Of a DNA stretch of 52,305 nucleotides, positions 52,148-52,305 are shown piece after piece (position 1 is the stretch's first letter; every line of letters begins with the position of its first letter). Origin of the DNA: Patescibacteria group bacterium (GTDB lineage Bacteria > Patescibacteriota > JAQUNI01); contig JAQUNI010000001.1 of NCBI GenBank assembly GCA_028717685.1, positions 1 through 52,305 on the forward strand. The letters are read 5' to 3'. The notes beneath the pieces were generated by a model. It ran no database searches and was not told the DNA's origin. It saw nothing but the letters and a program-made list of their open reading frames with translations. A program made the translations under genes and the position numbers.

Positions 52148-52305
52148 TTATTTATAAAATGATTGTAATTTTTTATCTATTCTGCCGAGTATTTCCAAGT
52201 GTAAGTTAGTCATAAAGTCATTCCATAACATGTATGGGTGTTTGAATTCTTTTATTGTAGCAACTATTTCCTCTGGTTCTTTTTTTACAAATTTTCGATA
52301 TCTCT
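52148..52305 (-). CDS. 3' end of an ORF running off the window (52 codons seen)
   Basis: The minus-strand frame reads ..RYRKFVKKEPEEIVATIKEFKHPYMLWNDFMTNLHLEILGRIDKKLQSFYK-stop (stop at 52148-52150). It is not in the ORF track because it is partial. Confidence 0.35.
   Translation of the reverse strand, partial: RYRKFVKKEPEEIVATIKEFKHPYMLWNDFMTNLHLEILGRIDKKLQSFYK

Overview
This 52.3-kb window comes from a low-GC bacterial genome with short genes. The dense dispersed palindromic repeats and the gene set look Patescibacteria/CPR-like, but that is inference only. All coordinates for RNAs and repeats were counted by hand and may be off by about 2 nt.

Positions 1-36.8 kb are mostly core genes. 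They hold a large serine recombinase abutting tRNA-Ala(CGC), HtpX, tRNA-Arg(CCG), LexA, a GNAT, and an ECF sigma with a putative anti-sigma. There are two paralogous HlyD/MacB-type ABC efflux operons in opposite orientation. The rest includes Lon, a C39-like peptidase, an amino-acid permease, a HAD hydrolase, a dihydroorotase-like amidohydrolase, a ZIP transporter, a GC-richer B12/radical-SAM gene, Obg, a cold-shock protein, an HI0933-type flavoprotein and TypA/BipA. At least three families of short dispersed palindromic or hairpin repeats fill the intergenic regions.

Positions 36.9-52.3 kb are an AT-rich accessory array, and this is the most interesting part. Every gene is on the minus strand. 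The region is split into blocks by five same-orientation copies of a ~105-nt repeat (R1-R5) that share an invariant 28-nt core.
- Three R copies abut small GIY-YIG genes or a remnant of one.
- Two blocks also carry 15-nt-period tandem arrays.
- Two blocks carry a small-ORF family with conserved ends.
- Cargo is toxin/protease-rich: HepT/MntA, a 758-aa TPR protein ending in a RelE/ParE-like domain, an Rx4H (HEPN-like) ORF, a Clp-fold SDH-type serine protease three-gene operon, an HExxH metallopeptidase, and a caspase-like ORF with an in-frame TAA.
- Other cargo includes a LAGLIDADG endonuclease and secreted proteins.

The array looks like an integron-like or tandem-integration cassette system, but no cognate recombinase is visible in the window.
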